DNA from: Scyliorhinus canicula
Lineage: Eukaryota
Direction: 5' to 3'
DNA length: 64,000 bases
NCBI RefSeq assembly: GCF_902713615.1
Contig: NC_052152.1
Span: forward strand, 139,984,815-140,048,814
The notes under the pieces were generated by a model. It was not told the DNA's origin, did no database searches, and saw nothing but the letters and a program-made list of their open reading frames with translations. Both the position numbers and the translations under genes were made by a program. Shown in pieces: positions 1 through 10,857 of the stretch (position 1 is the stretch's first letter; each line of letters opens with the position of its first letter).

Positions 1-1037
1 CGGAGGGCAGCCCAGGCCCAGCATTCAGCTGGCTCCCAGATGTTTCCCGGGTTCCTGGATTTACTCGACCCACCCGCACAGCCGATGCATTTTGAAACCC
101 AGGGATACAATGACGGGATGAGGGCCATCTTCCAGCAGCTGCAGACGCAGTTAGAGGAATCAAACCGCGTTCAGGAGCAGGGAGTGGTGCCGCTCATGGC
201 AGCCACCCAGGCCGACACCGCACGGGTGGCATCCGCGGTCGAGGCAATGGGTGAAACGGTTTTGGCCATGGGTCAGGTTCTGCAAGGCGTTGGGCTTAAT
301 GTGCACGCGTCATCCTCGACCCTGGAGAGGGCTGCCCTCTCACAGGCAGCAATGCGCCAGAGCCAAAACGACATTGCCGGCGCGCTACGAGCCCTGGCCG
401 AGTCTCACCAGGCCATGCCCCAGTCCCAGCACGCCATGGCATAGTCCCAGCAGGCCATGTCATAGCCCCAGCAGTCAGTCACGGAGAGCATCGACCGCCT
501 GACACACGTGCTGGATGGCGTCGCGCACTCACAGGTTGAGGTCGCACAGTCCCTGGCGGGAATGTCCCACTCCCTGGACTCCGTCTCAGTGAACCTTCGG
601 ACCCTGGTCGATAGGGTTGCAGGCCTCCAGGACTTGCAGCGGCAGGTGTCGGTGGAGCGACGGGGCACCTCCCCACTCGCACCTCCGTCCCACAGTGAGG
701 CCCGGGGGCCACCGGCTCTCCGAAGGAGGAGGAGGTTCTGGGGACCGTCCCATTAACTTCATCACGGGATGTCCCTGAATGCTCGGCCTCCCCACGTCCC
801 ATCCCTGGTGCATCGGGTGGGCAGCGGGCAGAGCAGGGTGGCACCACGTCATCCAAAATGCCCGCGGAGCAGCCTGGCCCATCAAGACCGGGTCTCCCCA
901 GGAAACGGGTGCCGACGGGGAGACATGTCGCAGGGTGTGATTCTCAGCAGTCCGCCTCCACTCCTGCTGTATCATCTGGGGATTCACTTATGCGTAGTGG
1001 TAGGGTCTGTAAGGCAATGAAGAGGGACACAGAGTAA
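1..1037 (+). pseudogene. C-terminal coiled-coil part of the Harbinger accessory (Myb/SANT-like) ORF
   Basis: ORFs 40-444 and 508-756 are one frame broken by TAG stops, with 7-residue repeats (QSQHAMA, *SQQAMS). Lies convergent with the transposase, as expected for Harbinger ORF1. Confidence 0.6.
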
Positions 1038-1574
1038 GTTGGCACGGGTGAAGGGTACAGTTTAGTTGTAGGGGCTAGGGCATCTGTACATAATATTCAC
1101 CATTAAACTCACTGTTGCACCTAACTTGTAAGACTGCGTGATTTTTCCGTTGCCATGGGGATCGTGCTGGTGACCGAGTATTGCTGGGGTTGACGAGCGG
1201 TGAAATTTCGGTGCCGGGTGTGCAGTCCCTTCCCCCCCCACCCCTCCCACAGCTACCCCACGCGGGCACGTGATGGAATGTCCCTGACAAACTCAGCAAC
1301 CACCGAGATGGATGGTTCAGCTATTGCCATGAGTCAGACTTTGTCTAACGATTCTGAGCTCACAGCTCATCGCAGAGCGGGCTGTCATCATTCAACATGG
1401 CACTGATCACACCCGCTGACACAGCCATCAATGTTATGCCATACCGTTGTGCTGCAGTGATCTCGAAATTGAGCAGTGTATGCAGAGCGGGGGTGCCGGG
1501 GGTGGGGGTGGCAATTGTGTGCTGACTGTCTGCATGACTGGCGATGCAGGTGGTAGTGGTAGTGTTCAGCGGTG

Positions 1575-2884
1575 CCGTCTCACGCGGCGTGTGAATTTTG
1601 CTGCCACCAAGGCGTCGCGTGCCCGCTGTCATCACCGGTGCTGTCGTGCAGCCTCCTGGACATTACCAGCACCCGGGTCGTGTCTGCGTGCTGCGCCCGA
1701 CACACCACCAACCTCCTCCATCTCCTCCTCCTCCTCCGTGTTGGCACCACTGCCAGTGGCTTCTCTCTCCGACTCCTCCACCAGGGCATGTCCCCTCTGC
1801 ATCGCGATGTTGTGCAGCGCACAGCAGACCATGATAATGCGAGCGACCCTGTCGGGCTGGTACTGCAGGGCCCCTCCGGAGCGGTCCAGGCACCTGAATC
1901 GCTTTTTCAGCAGACCGATGCAGCGCTCCACCACACCCCTGGTTGCTGCATGGGCCTCATTGTAAAGGGTCTCCGCGTTGGTCTGAGGCCTCCGTATGGG
2001 CGTCATCAGCCAAGACCTCAGTGGATAACCCCTGTCGCCCAGCAACCAGCCCCTCAGCTGGGGGGGGGGGGCCATCCCTCAAACAGAGCAGGGATGTACG
2101 ACTGCGCAAGAATGTACGCATCATGCACACTCCCAGGGAACCTTGCGCACACGTGCATGATCTTCATGTGGGGGTCCCATACCATCTGGATGTTCATGGA
2201 GTATGTCCCCATCCTGTTTGTGAACACTTCCCTGTTGCCTGCAGGCGGGCGCATGGGGACGTGAACACAATCAATGACCCCCTGGACCATCGGTATCCCG
2301 GCCACGTTGGCAAATCCACGGGCTCTTGCGTCTTGACTTGCTCTGTCCTCGGAAAGGTGATGTAGCGGTCGACGATGGCGTAGAGGGCGTCGGTCACATC
2401 CCGGATGCACCGATGACTGTGAGATCCCGGATAGGTCCCCGCTCTGAGACTGGAAGGAGCCGGTCGCATAAAAGTTAAGTGCCACCATCACCTTGACGGC
2501 AACCGGGATCGCGTGTCCTCCTCCCGTTCCACGTGGGGCGCCACGAGGTGACAGATATGTGTGACCGTCTCTCTGCTCAACCGGAGTCTCCTCCTCCTGC
2601 AGGTGATGTCCGGCATTGTCTCGAAAGAGATCCGGCCACGGTACACCTTAAGCCTCGCTCGTCGCCTCTGGCGCCCTGGCTCCACCATCAATGTCTCCTC
2701 CTCCTCATCCTCCTCCTCCCCCCAATGCTGCTCGACAATGGGCCACTCCGCGGCCATTCCCTCTGCTGCTGCAGCTGCCCCTGCATCCACTGTGGGATGT
2801 GGCTGTGGACGCTGCTGGATGTCCAACTGCAGTGCAGCGGTCCCAACCACTGCGCTGAAATAGCCGTTCGGTGTTAACCTCCAT
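1575..2884 (-). pseudogene. Harbinger (HARBI1-like DDE) transposase, frameshifted
   Basis: Motifs [78 protein letters not shown] across ORFs 2488-3006, 2054-2491 and 1632-2075. Confidence 0.92.
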
Positions 2885-4439
2885 GTTAGATGGAGGTTAG
2901 TCGACACCTCGGCAGCCGGCTGCCACGGGATACATGTGTGTCCCGGTGGCCTGGTCGCGCTGCTGACATGCGGGCAGCCTAACCCCTGGTCACTTTCTGT
3001 GTCCAATGGGCAGTTAACAACACGTCCTCCTCACAGGTGCGTCAGTGGGCTGTGGCCATCAGCCACAGGGCAACCAGCAGCCGTGTCCTCGTGACCGTCC
3101 TGCCATGGCAGGGCGGCTGACATGTTGCATCTGGGGGTGGACGACCCACTCCACTCACACCCTCTCCCCCCTGCACTATTCGCTCTCCCCCACCACTTCT
3201 CCCTCTCACCCCCACTTCTCCCTCTCCCCCTCCCACTTCTCCCTCTCCCCCTCCCACTTCTCCCTCTCTCTCCCCCCTCCCCACTTCTCCCTCTCTCTCC
3301 CCCCAACTCCCTCCCCCCCACCGCTCCCTCTCCCCCCCACTTCTCCCTCTCCCCCCCACCTCTCCCTCTCCCCCCCCCCACTTCTCCCTCTCCCCCCACT
3401 TCTCCCTCTCCCCCTCCCACTTCTCCCTCTCCCCCCCCAACTTCTCTCTCTCCCCCCATCCCCACCCACTTCTCCCTCTCCCCCCCACCCCCTCCCACTT
3501 CTCCCTCTCACCCCTCCCACTTCTCCCTCTCCCCCCACCCCCTCCCAATTCTCCCTCTCTCTCCCCCCCCCACTTCTCCCTCTCCCCCCCAACTTCTCCC
3601 TCTCCCCCAGCCCCTCCCACAATCTCCCTCTCCCCCTCCCACTTCTCCCTCTCCTCCCGTCCCCCCCTCCCACTTCTCCCTCCCCTCCCGTCCCCCCCTC
3701 CCACTTCTCCCTCTCCCCCCACTTCTCCCTCTCCCCCTCCCACTTCTCCCTCTCTCCCTCCCACTTCTCCCTCTCCCCTACCCACTTCTCCCTCTCCCCC
3801 ATCCCCTCCCACTTCTCCCTCTCCCCCCTCCCACTTCTCCCTCTCCCTCGCCCCCCTCCCACTTCTCCCTCTCCCCCTCCCACTTCTCCCTCTCTCTCCC
3901 CCCTCCCCACTTCTCCCTCTCTCTCCCCCCAACTCCCTCCCCCCCACCTCTCCCTCTCCCCCCCACTTCTCCCTCTCCCCCAACCTCTCCCTCTCCCCCC
4001 CCACTTCTTCCTCTCTCCCCACTTCTCACTCTCCCCTCCCACTTCTCCCTCTCCCCCCAACCTCTCTCTCTCCCCCCATCCCCACCCACTTCTCCCTCTC
4101 CCCCCACCCCCTCCCACTTCTCCCTCTCACCCCTCCCATTTCTCCCTCTCCCCCCACCCCCTCCCAATTCTCCCTCTCTCTCCCCCCCACTTCTCCCTCT
4201 CCCCCCCAACTTCTCCCTCTCCCCCAGCCCCTCCCACAATCTCCCTCTCCCCCTCCCACTTCTCCCTCTCCTCCCATCCCGCCCTCCCACTTCTCCCTCT
4301 CCTCCCGTCCCCCCTCCCACTTCTCCCTCTCCCCCCACATTCTCCCTCTCCCCCCTCCCACTTCTCCCTCTCTCCCTCCACTTCTCCCTCTCCCCTACCC
4401 ACTTCTCCCTCTCCCCCCCACCCCCTCCCACTTCTCGCT

Positions 4440-4594
4440 NNNNNNNNNNNNNNNNNNNNNNNNNNNNNNNNNNNNNNNNNNNNNNNNNNNNNNNNNNNNN
4501 NNNNNNNNNNNNNNNNNNNNNNNNNNNNNNNNNNNNNNNNNNNNNNNNNNNNNNNNNNNNNNNNNNNNNNNNNNNNNNNNNNNNNNNNNNNNNN
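4440..4594. other. Assembly gap (N run)
   Basis: Run of n. Confidence 1.
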
Positions 4595-4950
4595 CCCCTC
4601 CCACTTCTCCCTCTCTCTCCCCCCCACTTCTCCCTCTCCCCCTCCCACTTCTCCCTCTCCTCCCACCCCCTCCCAATTCTCCCTCTCTCTCCCCCCCACT
4701 TCTCCCTCTCCCCCCCAACTTCTCCCTCTCCCCCAGCCCCTCCCACAATCTCCCTCTCCCCCTCCCACTTCTCCCTCTCCTTCCATCCCGCCCTCCCACT
4801 TCTCCCTCTCCTCCCGTCCCCCCTCCCACTTCTCCCTCTCGCCCCCACTTCTCCCTCTCCCCCCTCCCACTTCTCCCTCTCTCCCTCCCACTTCTCCCTC
4901 CCCCCTACCCACTTCTCCCTCTCCCCCCACCCCCTCCCACTTCTCGCTCT

Positions 4951-5121
4951 NNNNNNNNNNNNNNNNNNNNNNNNNNNNNNNNNNNNNNNNNNNNNNNNNN
5001 NNNNNNNNNNNNNNNNNNNNNNNNNNNNNNNNNNNNNNNNNNNNNNNNNNNNNNNNNNNNNNNNNNNNNNNNNNNNNNNNNNNNNNNNNNNNNNNNNNNN
5101 NNNNNNNNNNNNNNNNNNNNN
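4951..5121. other. Assembly gap (N run)
   Basis: Run of n. Confidence 1.
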
Positions 5122-5849
5122 CTCTCTCTCCCCCCCACTTCTCCCTCTCCCCCTCCCACTTCTCCCTCTCCTCCCACCACCTCCCACTTCTCCCTCTCCT
5201 CCCCACTTCTCCCTCTTCCCCTCCCACTTCTCCCTCTCCCCCCCTCCCACTTCTCCCTCTCTCTCCCCCCCCACTTCTCCCTCTCTCTCCCCCCACTTCT
5301 CCCTCTCCCCCCTCTCACTTCTCCCTCTCCCCCCACCCCCTCCCACTTCTCCCTCTCCCCCTCGCACTTCTCCCTCTCCTCCCGTCCCCCCCTACCACTT
5401 CTCCCTCTCTCTCCACCCCATTCTCCCTCTCCCCCCTCCCACTTCTCCCTCTCCCCCCCCCCTTCCACTTCTCCCTCTCTCTCCCCCCCACCTCTCCCTT
5501 TCTCTCCCCCCCACTTCTCCCTCTCCCCCCCCCCCTCCCTCCCACTGGCCGCTGCGTTCTCGGGGATGTCTTCCCCAGTTTGCGGAGACTCCGGGACGGT
5601 CCGCTCACCTCGTCAGCCAGCACGACTGGCTGGCGACTTTAAAAAGCAGGTGTGGACGAATAGCGGGGGTGCCTGGAGAATCGCCATTTTGGCTGCATCG
5701 GGCGATTCTCCGTGCTTTTGCGCGCGAAACACGATAACACAAATTTGGCCGGTTGGGAGAACAGCGGGTGCGCGTCGGACCGGCGTCGCGGGAAAATACG
5801 GCGCAGCCCGCTATTCTCACAACCGGCATGACATCGGAGAATCGCGCCC

Positions 5850-6017
5850 ATTGGATCAGTCAAATTAGTCACAGTACAATAGAGGAGGAATTTCTGGAAT
5901 GTACATGTGATGATTTATGGACCAATACGTTGAGGAACCAACAAAGGAACAGGGCATCCTGGACTGGGTGTTGTGCAATGAGAAAGGATTAGTTGGCAAT
6001 CTAGTTGTGAGAGAGCA
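5850..6017 (+). mobile_element. CR1 LINE endonuclease fragment
   Basis: EEEFLEC..DQYVEEPTKEQGILDWVLCNEKGLVGNLVVRE; homologous to 37850-38015. Confidence 0.85.
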
Positions 6018-6019
6018 CG

Positions 6020-7400
6020 AGGAGAGCAGAAATTCATCATCATCTTCCACTATATCATACCAGGGGCGAAATTCTCCAACCCCACGCAGGGTCGGAGAAT
6101 CGCCTGGGGGCGCCTAAAATCCCGCCCCCGCCGTGGCAGAGATTCTCTGCCACCCGGGAAGTGGCGGGGGCAGGAATCTCTCCCCGCCGATCGGAGAGGC
6201 CCCTGCGGTGATTCTCCGGCCCGGATGGGCCGAAGTCCCGCCGCTGGGAGGCCTCTCCCGCCACCAAGGTTTAAACCACCTCTGGAACGGCGGGCTCAGC
6301 GGTGCGAGCAGGCCCCCGGGGTCCTGGGGGGGGCGGGGGGGGCGATCGAACCCCGGGGGGTGCCCCCACGGTGGCCTGACCCGCGATCGGGGCCCCCCGC
6401 TCAGACTGCGGGCCAGTGCCCTGGCTGCACTCTTTCTCCTTCCGTGCCGCCAAGGCCTCCGCCATGGCGGAAGCGGAAGAGAACCCCGCATTGCGCATGC
6501 GCCGGCAGTGACGTCAGCGGCCAGCTGCCGCTGACGTCACTGCTGGCGCATGCGCGGACCGGCAAAAGCCTTTCGGCCAGCCCCGCACCGGGGGCGCCGG
6601 TTTTTTGCGCCAGTCTTCTGGTGCTAACCGCTCTGGCGCGGGGCTGGCCCCCAAAGGTGGGGAGAATTCCCCACCTTTGGGGAGGCACGACCCCTGAGTG
6701 GTTGGCGCCACTCCCCTACTCCGGGACCCTCCGTCACGCCGGGTAGGATAGAATGCCGCCCCAGTTGTGATCTTCACCGCCGGAACCACCACACACCCCA
6801 TATGTGTGCAAACTGGAGTCAAACAGGGCTCTCTCATCACACATTGTTCTTCTCCATCTTCCTTGCAGCAACACACCACCTCGTCACCCTAAAGCTCCCG
6901 CTGGAGTGGAGTTAACCTGCCGGTCAAGCGGAAAACTGTTCAACCTCCGACGCCTCCAGGCCAGAACCAAGACCACCCCAGTCTCTGTCATTGAGCTGCA
7001 GTACACAGATCACCACCTGCGTGTGCACACATTCAGAGGCTGAGCTACAAACCATTGTCGATGCATTCACTGTGGCACATGAGAGAATGTGCTTCAGGCA
7101 AAACATCCGGAAAACAAAGGTTCTCGGCCAGCCCGCTCCTGCCACTTAAAACTTTCCCCAACCATCAAGATCCATGGTGAGCCCTTGGACAATGTGGATT
7201 ATTTCCATGCCTTGGGAACCTCCTCTCAGTGACGACGAAATCCAACATTTACTCAGGCATCCGTAGACTGGATTGCAGTCTACGGATGTCTGAAGCACAG
7301 AGTATTTGAAGACTAAACCTCAAACCCAGCACCAAGCTTATGATCTACAGAGCTACTGTGGTACATGCTTTCCTGTTTGGATCAGAAACATGGAAAATAT
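6020..7400 (+). mobile_element. RTE-clade LINE RT fragment (split by a MITE)
   Basis: TGVKQG followed by PAGVELTCRSSGKLFNLRRLQARTKTTPVSVIELQYTD, the RTE-type GKLFNLRRL insert before the YADD motif. Confidence 0.8.
6064..6761. mobile_element. Harbinger-type MITE
   Basis: TIRs GGGCGAAATTCTCC ... GGATAGAATGCCGCCC; TSD CAG (6061-6063 and 6762-6764). Confidence 0.9.
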
Positions 7401-7694
7401 ATAATAATAATAATCTTTATTGTCACAAGTAGGCTTACATTATCACTGCAATGAAGTTACCATGAAAAACCCCTAGTAGCCACATTCTGGCACCTGTTTG
7501 GGTACACGGAGGAAGAATTCAGAATGTCCAAATTACCTAGCAGCTCGTCTTTTGGGACTTGTGGGAAGAAACCGGAGCACCCAGAGGAAACCCACCTGGA
7601 CACAGGGAGAATGTGCAAACCCCACACAGACAGTGACCCAAGCCGGGAATTGAACCTGGGACCGTAACGTTTTAAAGTAAAAGTGTTAAACACT
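7401..7694 (-). mobile_element. tRNA-derived SINE, HE1-like head/body with Rex1-type tail
   Basis: B-box GGTTCAATTCCC and HE1-like body; 3' end TACTTGTGACAATAAAG(ATT)n. Confidence 0.85.
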
Positions 7695-7711
7695 TCTAAA
7701 GAAGCCTGACT

Positions 7712-9222
7712 ACTTCAGAATAACTGGTAAACTCTATTTAAATTGGACATTCTTGAAACAGCAGTTTGAAGTTTTCCTATCTGCCTCTACGCTAGAAAAG
7801 GTTTCCGATCAGAGAAAAATAGCACTTTGTAATTTGGCTGGAATGCAAGCATTATAAGCTTTATAACTCCTTTGAATTTGCTGAAGATGAGGATAAAATG
7901 GTATAACATAGTGCTACAGAAATTCAATGCTCCCTGCAAAAAGCAAGTGAACAAGACCTTTGAGCGCTACATATTCAGAAAAAGGCTGCAGCTGAACGGA
8001 AAATCGGTAGATTCTTTCATTACTGCTTTAAAGTTAAGAGCGCAGTCATGTAACTTTTCCTCCGATGCTGATTCAATGTATCACAATCAAGTTGTATTTG
8101 GGATTAATGATGAATGTATGCGAGGAAAAATGCTAAGACGACCGATTTTGCTGCTGGATGAAGTGCTTAATATGTGCAAAGCCAGTCAACAAGCATCCTC
8201 TGAATACGCGGAGTTCAGGGCAAACGAAAAAAGGCGCGAAGTCAGGAAACATGTCTGACGCCATTAATGCTGTGTCGCAGCACAGAAAACTGCCTACAAT
8301 GGGTGGTGGCCATTTTGAGAATGACATCACGAGCTGTGGCTATGCCAACTGTAAATAAATTGTCCGGCAAAAGGTAAACAATGTTCCAATTGTTACAAAT
8401 TCAATTACTTTGCAGCATAGTGTCGTTTCTCAACAGCTTCTCTAGCAAACAAATTTTAAACATCCTCCCATGACTACAGAAAAATCCAAAGTGTTCAGAG
8501 TGAAGAAAGACAAAAGATCTTAACTGATAATGATGATTCCTCCCTGTACCCACTAACGGATACTTTCATGGTTGATGCAATTACGAGGATTAATGCTCTG
8601 GATTGTAATAACAAACCAGTACAACAGCTCTCAAAGATTATTAAAGAGTGAACTGTACTGCTTGATATAAATGGCTTAGAAATTTAATTTAAGATAGATA
8701 CAGGAGCACACCCAAATTTAATAATGTGACTTAACATTATTTTTTGCAACTGAATGTAAACAAAAACAAGTTAATGATTCACGCTCACTAATGTAATGTT
8801 CAAAGAAAAAATGTTACAAAGTTTAGAACCTTTTTTTCCAAAGAAAGGGGGATGTGACATTATCATAAATGTAAAGAACTGTAAGGGTTAATGTAATTTC
8901 AAAATCAACCACCAGAGGGAGCTGGATGTACAACTATATAAGCCATTAATGCTAAGCCTTACGGTTGAGGAGAAAGATAGAGTTCAGACTGAAGGAAAGA
9001 TAGTGTGAGTAAGAGATCATAGTAATGTAATAGTGTAGGGATTAGTATTAGATGAGTGTAGATTGCATGTTTATTATCAACTGTGTATTATATAGGAGTT
9101 AATGTCGAATCCAATTTAGTAGTGTTAATAAATCCATAGCTTTATTCAATTTAAAAGCTATTTGTTGTCTTTGTGAACACTATGCCAATCATCCTAAAAT
9201 TAGCAACACAAAGAACATCACA
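7712..9222 (+). mobile_element. Gypsy LTR retrotransposon remnant (gag + protease start, pol missing, 3' LTR)
   Basis: gag-like FERYIFRKRLQ..LKLRAQSCNF..NQVVFGI; zinc-knuckle remnant; FKIDTGA near 8690; PPT AAAGAAAGGGGGA 8840-8852, then LTR. Confidence 0.8.
8853..9222 (+). repeat. LTR (TGTGA...TCACA)
   Basis: Inverted termini, TATA-like TATATAA, AATAAA; homologous to the solo LTR at 39660-40048. Confidence 0.8.
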
Positions 9223-9998
9223 TAATTGACAGCTGAATTTTAGAAATCTGCTTCACAAGTTGGTGTCAGAGGCTAGGGAAGTGGGTTGGGGTGATGGAGA
9301 TGGGAGTATGAAGTCCAAACAAGGAGGTAGATTGGGGAGAGGGGATCAATCAAACTGACCTTTGGTTTGCTTGAGAAGGCAGAGAAAGCACTCCTGCGCC
9401 TCCTGGCCCTCACGCAATGCTGAAAACCTGTTTGATTCAACTGTCCTTGCCTCCCTTTGGTGTCAGGTCTTCTGACTCCTGGGAACCTGGCCTGCAGGAA
9501 TTAAGCATGAAACAGAACAAAAATTAAATGGTCGAATCCTCATTAAATGCTTCAGTTTGGAATCAGTCTCCAGAGACAGGTTAGACACCCAATTCACTAA
9601 ATCTCAAAGTGGATGCATTGGAGCCGGATTGAGGTTACATTTACCATTTGTAATCTTTTAAATCCCTGCACCTATCCTGAGCCCTCTTGCTTCAGCAGTA
9701 CCACAGAATGGAGAGAAGTGTAGCATTTTCTTTGATTTGCATTATTATGTGAAGGTCAGTTGCATTGATTGAATGAAGTAAGTCTGGTCATAACTGTCTC
9801 TCTGTATGTTCAGCTAACTATGAAATTAAGCAACTTACCAATTTGTGTCTCAACTAACTGATTTTCTTTAATGGACTTGCCTTGGGAGAAATTCAAAAAG
9901 CACAGGTGGGAAAAGCACAACTCTCAGTCTGGATGCACCCATTCCAAAATTGAGACAGAAGCTCACTCACTCATATTCGCCTGTTGTGAATGCACGGT

Positions 9999-10345
9999 GG
10001 GCAGCACGGTAGCATGGTGGTTAGCATAAATGCTTCACAGCTCCAGGGTCCCAGGTTCGATTCCCGGCTGGGTCACTGTCTGTGCGGAGTCTGCATATCC
10101 TCCCCGTGTGCGTGAGTTTCCTCCGGGTGCTCCGGTTTCCTCCCACAGTCCAACGATGTGCGGGTTAGGTGGATTGGCCATGCTAAATTGCCCGTAGTGT
10201 CCTAAAAAGTAAGGTTAAGGGGGGGTTGTTGGGTTACGGGTATAGGGTGGATACGTGTGTTTGAGTAGGGTGATCATCGCTCTGCACAACATCGAGGGCC
10301 GAAGGGCCTGTTCTGTGCTGTACTGTTCTATGTTCTATGTTCTAT
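9999..10345 (+). mobile_element. HE1-type SINE, full length, CR1-type tail
   Basis: GGGCAGCACGGTAGC head, B-box GGTTCGATTCCC, GGATTGGCCATGCTAAATTGCCC core; tail GAGGGCCGAAGGGCCTG..(TGTTCTA)n is nearly identical to the CR1 3' end at 50524. Confidence 0.92.
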
Positions 10346-10371
10346 ATTATTCATGAAATTGAAAAACCAAT

Positions 10372-10775
10372 TGTCATAATATACATCCAGGTATATGATG
10401 GAGTGCAGACAGGCAGTGATTGACACACAGGATGACCAGTGAACACACAGAACACAGCAGCCAATCACCAGACAGGACACGACCACTATAAAGCCAGAGG
10501 GCACTAGTTTTCCTGCTCTCTCGGGATCCAGCCTCTGAGACAGTCAGAGCTCGTGAGCAGCAACTCGAACAAACACCATGTGGTAGTACGATAGTCTGGT
10601 CAGGTTAGCCTCAGGTCTCCAGTCAAGTCAGCGTAGTGTCAACCCAAAGTTAAAGCATGTATTATAGTTAAGTGTTCAATAAAATCATGTTGCATTTCTT
10701 CAAGTGTTGGAAGCCTGTCTCTCTCACTACTGCAGTAAACACAATCCTCGTAGACCCAGCTTACCCAATACATCA
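10372..10775 (+). repeat. 5' LTR
   Basis: Direct repeat of 13661-14064; TG...CA ends; TATAAA and AATAAA. Confidence 0.95.
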
Positions 10776-10857
10776 TGGTACCAGTGAGTTATGCTCAGGT
10801 TTGACGGACCTACCTGGAGATAATCTGCCTTTGACCAGCGATCAGCCATCCGGTAAC

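Larger units (their letters stand above)
3160..5545 (+). repeat. Polypyrimidine minisatellite, ~20-bp unit CCCACTTCTCCCTCTCCCC(CT), with higher-order structure
   Basis: Tandem copies visible directly; almost no G on the + strand; variant units recur in blocks. Confidence 0.95.
1..5849. mobile_element. PIF/Harbinger DNA transposon (decayed autonomous copy; other end lies before the window)
   Basis: Convergent accessory ORF (+) and DDE transposase (-). TIR GGAGAATCGCGCCC at 5836-5849 matches the MITE termini elsewhere in the window. Abuts a CR1 fragment. Confidence 0.85.

Noticed and set aside
1575-2884. Domesticated host HARBI1 gene
   Set aside because: Frameshifts, a premature stop, a flanking TIR and several paralogous decayed copies indicate a transposon, so no gene symbol is given.
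3031-5737. Very long ORFs (865, 871, 529 aa etc.) rich in P/S/L or G/E/R
   Set aside because: They are translations of a stop-free minisatellite and run through N gaps; all frames are open.
9999-10075. tRNA genes at A-box/B-box motifs
   Set aside because: All are SINE heads continuous with SINE bodies and tails, and none gives a clean cloverleaf.
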